Positions 27,079 through 39,432 of a stretch of DNA of 64,000 bases are shown here, in pieces. The notes under the pieces are model-generated. The model had not been told where the DNA came from, searched no databases, and saw only the letters and a program-made list of their open reading frames with translations. The DNA comes from Eledone cirrhosa (lineage: Eukaryota): the NCBI GenBank assembly GCA_964016885.1, contig OZ024764.1, positions 16,368,001-16,432,000 of the forward strand, read 5' to 3'. Each line of letters starts with the position of its first letter. Position 1 is the stretch's first letter. The position numbers and the translations under genes are program-made.

Positions 27079-27311
27079 TATTCGTATTTCGTATTTAAAA
27101 CATATTTGTCATGTTATTTATACAACTGTGAATAAAAAATATATATACATATACATATATATGTGTGTGTGTGTGTATGTATGTATGCATGTATATGTAT
27201 ATACGTTGGTAGAAATCCGTAGATGAAAGATCAAGGAAAACAATCTGTAGGAAGAGAGCTTATTTAGTATAAACAAAGTTTTATATAAATATATATATAT
27301 ATATATATATA

Positions 27312-27699
27312 GGCATACGTCAAGACGGGCGGTCTCAAAAGTGAAAGTAAATTTATTTTCATTTTCGAACGTCGTGTTTACATTTTGTGTGTGTGTTCAA
27401 ACGAAACATGCTGGTGACGAAGCTTCTTCTTTGCACGGCTCCATGTGTTCTCTGTGAGCTGTGTGTGCACATCAAGGTCCGCAGGATCTACAAAGTTCCG
27501 TTCGTGCACCACAACATCATGAACGTAAATCCCACCTTCAATTTCCAAATAGGAAGCCCAACCATCGGAGATGATGCGGCTGCCTGGCAAAATCCCTGCT
27601 GAATGATGGGGACGAGAGTGTCAGAGCTTCGATTTGGGACTTCTACAAGCCTCATTACAAGATTACTTCGGTATTGAGTACTCTTCTCTCAACCGTCAA

Positions 27700-27736
<37 letters not shown>

Positions 27737-27858
27737 TATATATATAATCAGTTAAAACGACACTAATTTAGATCTAAACACACACAAAATGTAAACACGA
27801 CGTTCGAAAATGAAAATAAATTTACTTTCACTTTTCAGACCGCCCGTCTTGACATATG

Positions 27859-27860
<2 letters not shown>
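27312..27860 (-). mobile_element. Merlin (IS1016/ISXO2-like) DNA transposon deletion derivative
   Basis: ~85-bp TIRs starting GGCATA; internal minus-strand peptide PGSRIISDGWASY...VVHERNFVDP...VHTQLTENTWSRAK matches the ISXO2-like DDE transposase; inserted in (TA)n. Confidence 0.85.
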
Positions 27861-27912
<52 letters not shown>

Positions 27913-28489
27913 GTGAAGGAGATAAGACTTACATGATGCTTAGGAAGAACAAGAAGTGAAGATGCAGCAGAAGTGAAGAACGGTGATGGTATTCATGACG
28001 ATGATGATGATGGTGGTGGTGGTGGTGGTGGTAGTTAGTAGTTGTTCTTGTAGTTTAGCTACAGGTTTTCCCCTGATCGAGAAGAACTGCGATCAAAGAT
28101 ATTCCAGCTGTGACCACACCGTCTTTTGTTGTTTTTTTCAGGCATTGTGTGGTGTATCTAGGACTACATTATCGAATGTGTCCTTTGCTGTTGTTATTTA
28201 GAAGGTAGGGTGAGATCTGGCTGCTATTTCTAGCAGTTACTTTTCCTTTTATAGGTAGTTTGAATGAAAATAGAAAAGCTTTATTAACGATCAATTGTTT
28301 AGAGAAGACGATCGGAGACGGTGTTTTCTCTTACAACTGTCTCCTCTGGTATAAGTTCCGGAACGTGGTTAAAGAAAAAAATGTTGTACCTGTAATTCAA
28401 AGGGCCCAGTTTTGTCACACACTGTATCATGTTGAATCTCCCTGAGAATTACGTTCTGGGTACACGTGTCTATAGAATACTCGACCATT

Positions 28490-28760
28490 TGGATGCTAAA
28501 GAATACGACTGCGAATGCAAACGGCCGAAATGGGGTTCCTTCTCAATAGAGTTTGTAGCTCGGAGGTCAGAGAGCTATTCCAAGTAGAGTCGCTATTATT
28601 GAGAGATCACAGCTCCGATACTATGGACATATTGTTAGAATGTCTCTGGAAAGAATCGCAGGACAGATTTTACGAGCAAAACCAACCGGCAGGAGACGCA
28701 GGTTTAGACTGTAAGCAAGATGGTTGGATAACATCCATGAGCATGGCTGGTCTCGCTTGA
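28490..28760 (+). mobile_element. RTE-clade LINE 3' fragment
   Basis: MQTAEMGFL...SSEVRELFQVESLLL, then a frameshifted IERSQLRYYGHIVRMS-like region. Confidence 0.7.
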
Positions 28761-29133
28761 ACTCAGAACGTAAAGAGACGTAGCTCTATGCTGCAAAGCA
28801 TGGTCTCCGACGCTCTATCGATCCGATAATCGTAGTTTTATATAGGCTGTGTCTGAAAACATGGTGGGTTGGCCCTAACTCTACTGTGTTTTGATTGTAT
28901 GTCTCCTCAATCAGGGCTGACCTGGGGCTAAAAAACATTCTTCTTCTCCCATTTATTCCTGAGAGGGTCCTCAAACATTCCTTTCATTGGGTCCTGTCAG
29001 AAGCAGCCATCTCCAATAATTTTTTTTTTCTTTTCGCTGGTAGATGGGGTCCCCTGGTCAACGGGGTCTGGTGCCTAAGCACAATGATAAATCCGACACT
29101 ACTTTTGAGAAGTGGTCGGACGAGAATGAACAT

Positions 29134-29481
29134 ACAGCGTTGTTGCTTCCCCTATTATAAGACCTACTCCCTTAAATAAGCTGACTGTCCAATATAAAGC
29201 TTACCCTGAAAATAAACCCTAGTGCATTTTTGCGATAAAAATTAGTTTGAAAAAATAATATAAAACGCAGATTTCCAGAGTGTCGTTGGTTACTAATGTA
29301 ATAAATTCATTTAATGATATTGTTTTAAACTCTATCCTTTATTTTTGACATCACTATAATGATACTTTTATCAAAACTCTTGTCTAAAAATATAAACCCT
29401 ATCCCGAAAATGAACCCTAGTGCCTTTTTTTTAAAAGGAAAATTAATATAAGACCTCTCTTAGAATATTGGAAACGCGGTA
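29134..29481. mobile_element. possible pogo/Tigger-like MITE
   Basis: Internal repeats (AAAATAAACCCTAGTGC, TATAAGACCT) and right end GGAAACGCGG-TA resemble Tigger-like termini; left end degenerate. Confidence 0.4.
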
Positions 29482-29669
29482 CCATTGTCCATGATCTCTT
29501 GTGCCTGAGGAATAAGGATGGGAAGAGACCAGACCAGACCTTTCCTCCATATTTTTCTATATATTTTCTAAATTAGAGGGTTCGCCATTGAGAAATTTGG
29601 ATGCAGTGCCACCGAATGCTCCCTCTCCTTGGCGATGGGCCCGTCACCATGCAAGACATATTGTCTCAC

Positions 29670-29917
29670 CTTTACTGAAAGATTAATAAAAGAAAAGGGA
29701 CAGATGTGACAGGAAGCTGCTTGTCTGTGGAAGAAATTAATGAGAGGATAACAAAACGGAAGTCACCGGTATTGAAGGAAGATAACATTGAGTGGTAGCT
29801 TATCTGTTTAACAGCCAACTGTTTGTGTATACATTTATATACACAACAACATATATCTTCAGATATATATATATATTTATATATTCGTAGATATATAAAG
29901 TTTTTTTTTTATACCAA
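29670..29917. promoter_or_regulatory. putative bidirectional promoter and first exons of TMEM260 (-) and SUPT7L (+)
   Basis: Minus-strand donor CAGTAAAG|GTGAG at 29669, plus-strand donor CCAA|GTAAGT at 29918, ETS-type CGGAAGT at 29757-29763 between them. Confidence 0.5.
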
Positions 29918-30017
29918 GTAAGTCATACTATGTTCATTTTAATTGTTTCTACCTCGTATACACGCCTTGTGTATAACGTACGTACGAAAATGTATGTATA
30001 TATGTGAATAATAAATA

Positions 30018-30236
30018 ATCGTTTCTAATTTAGGCAAAAGGCCAGCAATTTGGAGGGAAAGGGGGAAAGTCGATTAAATCGATTCCAGTGTATTACTGGT
30101 ACTTTATTTTATCGACCCTGTAAGGATGAAAGTAAAGCTAACCTCAGCAGGATTTGAACTCGGAATGTAAAGTGACGTAACTCTATACTGCAAAGCAGTG
30201 TCCGATGCTCTACCGGTTACTGCCAATCTCACGCCC
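30018..30236 (-). mobile_element. tRNA-derived SINE (Meta-like family)
   Basis: Same family as 8096-8286. Confidence 0.7.
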
Positions 30237-30457
30237 TATAATAACAGTAAAATAATAATAAGGAGCAAGAACGAAGTATCAATATAACATCTGTAGAATT
30301 CCACAGCGGTAACCGGACCCAAATATTAGCATTGATTCCTCAAACTTGTGACCCATCAATAACTAAATGTTACATACAACACATATATATATAATTAGAA
30401 AGTGAACAACACAAAATATAACTACTCCATTACCAAAGGTTTCTGGATCACAGACAA

Positions 30458-30563
30458 TAATAATATACGTCTGGATTGTTCATCAGACAGAGATGTTATA
30501 GATAAAAGATATCTTTTATCTATAACATCTCTGTCTGATGAACGATCCAGACGTATATTATTA
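30458..30563. repeat. 106-bp spacerless palindrome (one mismatch)
   Basis: Centre GATAAAAGAT|ATCTTTTATC at 30510/30511; 53-bp arms. Confidence 0.95.
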
Positions 30564-30873
30564 CTGATTCAGTAGATTACTGGTGGTGGTACCAAAGCAA
30601 GCACTCAATGCATAGCCAGAGTGTATATATTAATAAGAACGATGAAGTTTCGTTTACATGTATGTAGATTTTTTATTGTGAATCGATCTGCATTTGTTTT
30701 TATACAGCTGTCATGACATGACCATACCAATGTAATCTCTCAAGTAAACTGCATCTGATCCCTCTTGTTCCTAATTTCTCACTTAGCTCGTTTATGTTTT
30801 GCCGTCCGTGTATATTACTATTACATGCTTATAAAATGTCTTGTTTCTTCTGTAGGCTCCATCCCTACACAGA

Positions 30874-31028
30874 ATGACGTCCCACTGGGGTGATATGCCC
30901 GCTGTGGGGGACACTGATTCGGCATTTGCGAAAATGGAACGAGACCAACTCACAAAACGCCGACCAATGGAGATACAAGGTCCTCGACTCTACCAGACAT
31001 TCAGTAAACAGTATTCTACTTCCACCAA
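30874..31028 (+). CDS. SUPT7L: SUPT7L coding exon 1 (MTSHWGDMPAVG...EIQGPRLYQ...)
   Basis: Acceptor TTCTGTAG| at 30855, ATG at 30874, donor AA|GTAAGA; WGDMP resembles the SUPT7L N-terminal WGEIP. Confidence 0.85.
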
Positions 31029-31275
31029 GTAAGAATTGCACTTGTTATTATCTCACATGGGACTTAGTGGTTAGAGAAGTGGTTCCCAAATGGTGTGGTG
31101 GGCCTGAAAGGTACGGTGGAAGAGGATAATAGGTGAGGTGGAATAATTGAAAGACAATCAAGGATGTAGAAATAGTTTCAAAAAAGGGAAAGGCTTCTTT
31201 GTGTTGATGAGGAGATGAGAGTTTGTTTATCTCAAATTTAGGCCTAATCCATCCATCCATATCCAGTTTTGGTGT

Positions 31276-31660
31276 TTAGGGTGCTGTGGTTATCCTGGAC
31301 TCCGCCGAGGTAGGCAACACCAGGCAATGTCTCACAGCCGCTCTCCATGAATTTCTGTCCATAGTATCGACATCGGCCATTCTCCATTTATACAAATCAC
31401 TCTTCACTCTCTCCAACCACGTCTTCCTTGGTCTGCCGCGTTCTCTAGTGCCAGGGACTGCCAAATGAGTGATGGAGTTGATGTATGATGTGACTCGCTG
31501 TACATGTCTGTACCAACAGAGACGTTGTGTTATGGACAGCAGTGATCTCATCCACACCCAGCTTCTGGTGGAGCACAGTTCTTCCTTGGTCTGCCGCGTT
31601 CTCTAGTGCCAGGGACTGCCAAATGAGTGATGGAGTTGATGTATGACATGTCCGTACGAA
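31276..31660 (-). mobile_element. RTE-clade LINE 3' fragment with internal duplication
   Basis: RLCWYRHVQR...RGRPRKTWLERVKSDL...DRNSWRAAV; 31425-31490 repeated at 31580-31645. Confidence 0.75.
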
Positions 31661-31773
31661 TAGAGACATTGTGTGACCCAAGATTAGGTAGTTTTCATAT
31701 GGGACGAGGGTGAGGGCTATAGCACTGCTAAAACAATGGCTCAGTCTCATATCTGTTTTCATATCTTTTTCAG

Positions 31774-31894
31774 ACCTGCCCCCCAGGAGAAGTTCCAGAT
31801 AGATCCACTGACCCTTCATACGATACGCTTGCTTCAGCATATTCGAAAGATGAAGAACCTTATACAACAAGTCACCTTCCAACATGAAAACGCT
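31774..31894 (+). CDS. SUPT7L: SUPT7L coding exon 2 (PAPQEKFQIDPLTLHTIRLLQHIRKMKNLI...)
   Basis: TTTTTCAG| and |GTTAGT, phase-compatible; LTLHTIRLLQH matches SUPT7L LTIHTIQLIQH. Confidence 0.92.
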
Positions 31895-32461
31895 GTTAGT
31901 ATTTCTGGACATTTATTTTTTGATTTATATATGGTGTTAGGAAGAGAATCCAGCTGTAGAAAACCTGCCAGATAGTCCTATACGAGCGAGACACGGTCAC
32001 CCGACCAATCTTGCCTCAAGTGGGACAATTCCTGTCTAAACCCATGCTAGCGTGGAAGATAGATGTTAAACCATGATGATATATATATAAATTTTTTGCC
32101 CACTCTACATTGTCAAGTGGTCATATAGTTGTGATGACAAAAAACACCCAGTCCACACTGTAAAGTGGTCATATAGCTGTCACAACAAACAACACCCAGT
32201 GCACACTAGAAAGTGGTCGTGTTGGTGTTATGATAAAAAGCACCCAGTCCACACTGTAAAGTGGTTGTTGATAGGAAGGGCATCCAGCTGTAGAAACCAA
32301 GCCAAAATCAGTTCTTTATGATCAAGGCATGGTCATCTGATCTGACTTGTCTCACAATGGACAACCCGTCTAACCCATGCTAATGTGGAAAAATGGACAT
32401 TAAACGATGATGATGACCAGCGTGTAGACCTGATGATGATAAATACAGTAAAATAAATATA

Positions 32462-32741
32462 CAGGGTGACCACAAAAAACTCCTTGATTTCAAATACTTA
32501 TAATATGAAAACTTAAATGAATATTCTTACAATATTGGTGGCTACAGTTGCATAAACTAACAAAGTTTCATGTGATATTGATAGATATCACATGTGATAT
32601 TGGTTGATATCACATGTGATATTGGTTGATATCACATGTGATATTGGTTGATATCATAGACACTCGATGTCTGCCCCATTTTGTTGTTCGGCAAATATCA
32701 ATGCGATAATCAAGCTCAGAGTTTTTTTGGTGGTCACCCTA
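32462..32741. mobile_element. Tc1/mariner-type MITE with internal palindromic ~22-bp repeats
   Basis: TA-CAGGGTGACCAC...GTGGTCACCCT inverted termini; GATATCACATGTGATAT tandem inside. Confidence 0.7.
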
Positions 32742-32843
32742 TCTATATATTTTATAACTAGGGGCTGGTTTCATGGGGTTGCTAGCTAAAGGGTTAAATT
32801 CCTTCATTTAAAAAAATTTATTTGAAAATGTTTTATTTTTCAG

Positions 32844-32959
32844 AAATCTGATACAGAAGTGACATTTCCTGCTGTGCTGCCTGTTCCACAATACACAGGC
32901 CCAGACATTAAGCCAAAGATGACAAAACCATTTTCTCATTTGCCTTATACTAGGGAGAG
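32844..32959 (+). CDS. SUPT7L: SUPT7L coding exon 3 (KSDTEVTFPAVLPVPQY...TRE)
   Basis: TTTTTCAG| and |GTAAAT; phases 0 and 2 join exons 2 and 4 with no stop. Confidence 0.85.
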
Positions 32960-33149
32960 GTAAATTATCACCATTATCATCATGCACCTTTGATAAGATG
33001 TAGTGCACCTGAGCACTGTACACAATAATTTTATTATTATCATCATCATTGTCACTACCATCATTACTACTACAACTATCATCATCATTGTCATCATAAT
33101 AGCCATCATCATCCTCACCACCACCACCACCATTATTATTACTACTACA

Positions 33150-33960
33150 AGGGTGGTGGATTGGCAGTATCGGTAGAGAGTCAGACGCCATGCTTTACAG
33201 CTTAGAGTTATGGCCCTTTGCGTTCTGAGTTCAAATCCCTCCGAGGTTAACTTTGCCTTTCATCTTTACGGAGATCGATAAAATAAAGTACCAGTAATGC
33301 ACTGGGGTAATTGCTGGCCTTGTGCCAAAAGTAGAAACAATTATTATAGGGTCAATAAAATAAAGTACCAGTAATGCACTGGGGTAATTGCTGGCCTTGT
33401 GCTTAAAGTAGAAACAATTATTATAGGGTCAATAAAATAAAGTACCAGTAATACACTGGGGTAATTGCTGGCCTTGTGCCAAAAGTAGAAACAATTATTA
33501 TAGGGTCAATAAAATAAAGTACCAGTAATGCACTGGGGTAATTGCTGGCCTTGTGCTTAAAGTAGAAACAATTATTATAGGGTCAATAAAATAAAGTACC
33601 AGTAATACACTGGGGTAATTGCTGGCCTTGTGCCTAAAGTAGACACAATTATTATAGGGTCAATAAAATAAAGTACCAGTAATACACTGGGGTAATTGCT
33701 GGCCTTGTGCCTAAAATAGAAACAATTATTATAGGGTCAATAAAATAAAGTACCAGTAATACACTGGTGTAATTGCTGGACTTGTGCCTAAAGTAGACAC
33801 AATTATTATAGGGTCAATAAAATAAAGTATCAGTAATACACTGGGGTAATTGCTGGCCTTGTGCCTAAAGTAGAAACAATTATTACAGGGTCAATAAAAT
33901 AAAGTACCAGTAATACACTGGTGTAATTGCTGGCCTTGTGCCAAAAGTAGAAACGATTAT
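33150..33960 (+). repeat. Meta-like SINE with its 3' 77-bp segment amplified ~9 times in tandem
   Basis: SINE head at 33150-33280, then a repeated AAAATAAAGTACCAGTAAT...GTAGAAACAATTATTATAGGGTCAAT unit. Confidence 0.9.
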
Positions 33961-33987
33961 TATTATTATGATGTCTATATTTTGCAG

Positions 33988-34097
33988 TGACTTTGTCCGA
34001 GGAATCGGGGAGGAGCCCCCTATAATTGATGGTGGGGCGTGCAGGAAGTTACTGCGGCGTTCTGTGTCTGCGATATGTGCACACATTGGTTTCGAGA
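33988..34097 (+). CDS. SUPT7L: SUPT7L coding exon 4 (SDFVRGIGEEP...CRKLLRRSVSAICAHIGFE)
   Basis: Matches SUPT7L SDFYRGKGEP...CRQLLYQAVATILAHAGFD (start of histone fold); TTGCAG| and |GTAAGT. Confidence 0.95.
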
Positions 34098-34275
34098 GTA
34101 AGTTAACTTGTGTTGTTTCTGGTTTTATTGGAAATGTTATAGCCTACGGTGCTTGCGTGTGTGCAATGTGTAATGTTGCATGGTTGAGTGAGGTATCTGC
34201 AGTAAATGCAGAGCATTGTCAAAGGCTGCATGGATGCTCGGGCACCGTCGTGATGGGGGTTTTCATCTACATCAT

Positions 34276-35211
34276 TTAACCCTTTACCATTTAAACCGGC
34301 TGTATCCGGCCAGAATTCTCTCACCTCTTTCTGTTCAAACTGGTTGTAACTGGCTATTCACACTGATGTTAAGGTATTGTTCTCAAAATAGATAACATCA
34401 AAATCTCATGGATGCGATATTATGTGAGGTAAATCCTTTACTGTGAAAATACAATAGTATATATAGAGTAATGTAAATGTTATGTGAGATATTATGTGAG
34501 GTAAAGCCTTTACTGTGAAAATACAATAGTATATATAGAGTAATGTAAATGTTATGTGAGATATTATGTGAGGTAAAGCCTTTACTGTGACAATACAATA
34601 GTATATATAGAGTAATGTAAATGTTATGTGAGATATTATGTGAGGTAAAGCCTTTACTGTGAAAATACAATAGTATATATAGAGTAATGTAAATGTTATG
34701 TGAGATATTATGTGAGGTAAAGCCTTTACTGTGAAAATACAATAGTGTATATAGAGTAATGTAAATGTTATGTGAGATATTATGTGAGGTAAAGTTTTTA
34801 CTGTGAAAATACAATAGTATATATAGAGTAATGTAAATGTTATGTGAGATATTATATATAGTAAAGCCTTTACTGTGAAAATACAATAGTATATATAGAG
34901 TAATGTAAATGTTATGTGAGATATTATATGAGGTAAAGCCTTTACTGTGACAATACAATAGTATATATAGAGTAATGTAAATGTTATGTGAGATATTATG
35001 TGAGGTAAAGCCTTTACTGTGAAAATACAATAGTATATATAGAGTAATGTAAATGTTATGTGAGATATTATGTGAGGTAAAGCCTTTACTGTGAAAATAC
35101 AATAGTATATATAGAGTAATGTAAATGTTATGTGAGATATTATGTGAGGTAAAGCCTTTACTGTGAAAATACAATAGTATATATAGAGTAATGTCAATGG
35201 TAAAGGGTTAA
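34276..35211 (+). mobile_element. piggyBac-type MITE with internal 72-bp tandem array (~11 copies)
   Basis: TTAACCCTTTACCATT...AATGGTAAAGGGTTAA termini enclosing the 72-bp unit. Confidence 0.9.
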
Positions 35212-35344
35212 TGTCTGTTTTCACTGCTATCATCATAATTACTGTGTCATGGCACGAGCACTACTACCTTACAAAATGGAGTGGGTGCTTTTTGTTGTGT
35301 TGCCAACATGTGTTTGAAGCTCCGTACTGTGACGAGAACAGCCA

Positions 35345-35535
35345 ACAACGCAGGGGTCCAGGGGTCAGAGTCAACCAACAAGACCTCCTGGAAGAAGTCG
35401 ATCACTTCACCTATCTGGGCAGCATCCTGGCAAACAATGGCGACATGGAACTCGACATCAGCTGTCGGATCGACAAAGGAGCCGCATTTTTCCAGCAGAT
35501 GCACCCAGGCTGGTTGTCTTCATGCATCAGCTCCA
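35345..35535 (+). mobile_element. RTE-clade LINE RT fragment
   Basis: LEEVDHFTYLGSILANNGDMELDISCRIDKGAAFF is a typical RTE RT C-terminal motif. Confidence 0.75.
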
Positions 35536-35652
35536 GGATGATGTTGATGATGATGATGGTAATGTTGATATTGTTGGTGGTGGTGATGATGAGTATGATG
35601 ATGATGATGATGATATTGATGATGTTCATTTTGTTGTTTGCATTCATTTCAG

Positions 35653-35774
35653 ACTCTAAAGAATCTTGCCTGGAGTTGTTGACTGATATTGTCCAGGAAT
35701 ATTACAGCCGAATAATGAAACACATGAGGTCATCTGTCGACAACCAACTTTTACATGAAGAGATTGGCTTTCCT
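35653..35774 (+). CDS. SUPT7L: SUPT7L coding exon 5 (SKESCLELLTDIVQEYY...IGFP)
   Basis: Matches ESVLETLTDVAHEY...PFP; TTTCAG| and |GTACGT. Confidence 0.95.
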
Positions 35775-35844
35775 GTACGTATGTCCCTTTCTCTCGCTCT
35801 CTCTTTAGCTTTCATACACTTGTCTGTGCTGACAATTGGGGCTT

Positions 35845-37026
35845 TAACTGCTTTATCTTACATAATTATCTCACATAATATTGAATCTATGAGATTTTGA
35901 TGTTATTTATTTTGAGAACAATACTTTAACATAAGTATGAGCAGCCAGTTACAGCCGGTTTGAACAGAAAGAAGTGAGGGAATTCTGGCTGGATATGGCC
36001 GGTTTAACCCTTTAGCATTTACATTACCACAAAAATACAATAGTATATATAGAGAGTAAAGACTTTATCTTACATAATATCTAAGCTATGATATTCCGAT
36101 GTAATTTATTTTGAGAACAATACTTTAACATAAGTATGAGCAGCCAGTTACAGCCGGTTTGAACAGAAAGAGGTGAGAGAAGCCTGGTCGGTTTAACCCT
36201 TCGGTATTTACATTACTCTATATATACTATTGTATTTTTTGTAAAAGGCTTTACCGCACATAATTATCTCACATAATATTGAATCTATGAGATTTTGATG
36301 TTATTTATTTTGAGAACAATACTTTAACATAAGTATGAGCAGCCAGTTACAGCCGGTTTGAACAGAAAGAAGTGAGAGAATTCTGGCTGGATATGGCCGG
36401 TTTAACCCTTTAGCATTTACATTACCACAAAAATACAATAGTATATATAGAGAGTAAAGACTTTATCTTACATAATATCTAAGCTATGATATTCCGATGT
36501 AATTTATTTTGAGAACAATACTTTAACATAAGTATGAGCAGCCAGTTACAGCCGGTTTGAACAGAAAGAGGTGAGAGAAGCCTGGTCGGTTTAACCCTTC
36601 GGTATTTACATTACTCTATATATACTATTGTATTTTTTGTAAAAGGCTTTACCGCACATAATTATCTCACATAATATTGAATCTATGAGATTTTGATGTT
36701 ATTTATTTTGAGAACAATACTTTAACATAAGTATGAGCAGCCAGTTACAGCCGGTTTGAACAGAAAGAAGTGAGAGAATTCTGGCTGGATATGGCCAGTT
36801 TAACCCTTTAGCATTTACATTACCACAAAAATACAATAGTATATATAGAGAGTAAAGACTTTATCTTACATAATATCTAAGCTATGATATTCCGATGTAA
36901 TTTATTTTGAGAACAATACTTTAACATAAGTATGAGAAGCTGGTTACAGCCGGTTTGAACAGAAGAGGTGAGAGAATTCTGGCCAGTTCTGGTCGGATGT
37001 GGCCAGTTTAAATGCTAAAGGGTTAA
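35845..37026 (-). repeat. head-to-tail multimer of the piggyBac-type MITE (~400-bp dimer repeated ~3 times)
   Basis: TCACATAATATTGAATCTATGAG recurs at ~35871, 36270 and 36667; TTAACCCTT junctions. Confidence 0.85.
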
Positions 37027-37119
37027 AACTGATGAAAAAATTAATCTGATGACAGGAACCAGTCTGATGGCTTTGGACAGACTTTAACTTTTCTTTTCTT
37101 TTTATTAAATTTCTTGCAG

Positions 37120-37307
37120 GATGTTGTTGAGCAAGTTTTTCATGAGTGTGGTATAGGTAGTGTGACAGAACTGCACGAATTTTACCAGAACCGTATCCTC
37201 CGTTACCACGACAACATGTTACAGCAGTCACAGCAGCTCGTTGCCGAGTATGAGAAACTGAAGCAGTTTGGGGGCCCTAAACCAGCCGAGACCTTTACTT
37301 TGATCAG
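37120..37307 (+). CDS. SUPT7L: SUPT7L coding exon 6 (DVVEQVFHECGIGSV...LVAEYEKL...TLI)
   Basis: Near-identical to SUPT7L DVMEQVFHEVGIGSV; TTGCAG| and |GTGTGT. Confidence 0.97.
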
Positions 37308-37799
37308 GTGTGTAACCCCCTTTTTATTTCTTTATTTACACTCTGTAAAGTGGTTGGTGATAGGAAGGGCATCCAGCTGTAGAAAGCCTGCCAAACAAAG
37401 GCTCAGGAGGACCCTTCAGTTGTGTCAACGACACAACAACCTCCCTAGTGTTGGTGATCTACACAATAAATACACCCAGTACACTCTGTAAAGTGGTTGG
37501 TGACAGGAAGTGCATCCAGCTGTAGAAAACTATCCAAAGTGTTAGAAGGGTCCTTCTGTTGGGTCAACGACATGACAAATCTGTAGTGCTGGTGCCATTA
37601 TAAAATGAACTCAGTAGAGTGAAGGGCCTTATATAAGCCAGGTGCAGACCTCCTGGACTGTCTGGGAAGTCAGGGGCCCATTTCAGTACTGATTTTGTCT
37701 GTGAGGACCTGTCCAACCCATGCTTGCAGGGAAAGTGGACATTAATCCCCTGGAGGTTTCAGGTGCATTAAGTCGCTGATAGAGTAACCTCCCCTTAAC

Positions 37800-38030
37800 T
37801 GGTGCTGGTGCCATGATAAAATACACCCAGTACACTCTGTAAAAGGGTAGTGTTGGTGTCATGATAACATACACCCAGTCCACTCTGTAAAGTGGTAGTG
37901 TTGGTGCCATGATAAAATACACCCAGTACACTCTGTAAAGTGGTAGTGTTGGTGTCATGATAAAATACACCCAGTACACTCTGTAAAGTGGTAGTGCTGG
38001 TGCCATGATATAATACACCCAGTACACTCT
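37800..38030 (+). repeat. 48-bp minisatellite derived from a dispersed SINE-like repeat
   Basis: ATACACCCAGTACACTCTGTAAAGTGGTAGTGTTGGTG units; reverse copy at 49615-49895. Confidence 0.8.
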
Positions 38031-38171
38031 GCAGTATATGTAGAAGTTGTAATTTAACCCTGGGTCGGTCTCTGATCCAGTAGACCCATGATCAAAGATA
38101 TTCCATTGTTTTCGTCAGTCTAAATATACTTGTTATTGTTGTTTATAATTTTTACTTCTTTTCTTCCCATC

Positions 38172-38210
38172 TACACACACACACACACACATATATATAT
38201 ACCACTACAC

Positions 38211-38254
<44 letters not shown>

Positions 38255-38302
38255 CCACTACACCACACACACACACACACATATATATATATACCACTAC
38301 AC

Positions 38303-38334
<32 letters not shown>

Positions 38335-38343
38335 CCACTACAC

Positions 38344-38383
<40 letters not shown>

Positions 38384-39430
38384 CCACTACACAAATACAC
38401 TATATTATTACATACACACTACCACACTACCACCACACCACCATTACACACCACCACTACAACTACACACTACCACAACACACCACCATTACACACTACA
38501 CACTACCACACACTACCACACCACCACTACACACTACCACACCACCACTACTACACACTACCACACCACCACTACACACTACCACACCACCACACCACCA
38601 CTACACACTACCACTACACACTACACCTCACTACCACACCACCACTACACGCCATCACTACACACTACCGTACTGCCACCACACTACCACACCACCACTA
38701 CACACTACCACACCACCACTACACACTACCACACCACCACTACACACTACACACCACCACACTACTACACACTACCACACACTACCACACCACTACTACC
38801 ACACCACTACTACAACACCACCATTACCACACTACCACACCACCACCACACTACCACACACTACCACTACTACACACTACCACACACTACCACTACTACA
38901 CACTACCACACTACCACACCACCATTACACTCTACACACCACCATTACCACACTACCACCACACACTACCACCACTACACACTACCACTACTACACACTA
39001 CAATACTACCACCACACTACCACACCACCACTACACACTACCACACTGCCACACCACCACTACTACACACTACCACACACTACCACACCACTACTACCAC
39101 ACCACCATTACCACACTACCACCACACACTACCACACTACCACCACACACTACCACACTACCATTACACTCTACACACCACCATTACCACACTACCACCA
39201 CACACTACCACCACTACACACTACCACTACTACACACTACACACTACCATACTACCACCACACTACCACACCACCACTACACACTACACACCACCACACT
39301 ACCACACACTACCACACACTACCACACCACTACTACCACACCACTACTACCACACCACTACTACCACACCACCATTACCACACTACCACACCACCACCAC
39401 ACCACCACCACCACACCACCACCACACAAC
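38172..39430. repeat. low-complexity CAC/TAC repeat abutting a splice acceptor
   Basis: Directly visible; almost G-free. Confidence 0.95.
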
Positions 39431-39432
39431 AG

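Noticed and set aside
34398-35236. Repetitive 24-aa-unit ORFs (also at 46350 and 50403)
   Set aside because: Translations of the 72-bp MITE array
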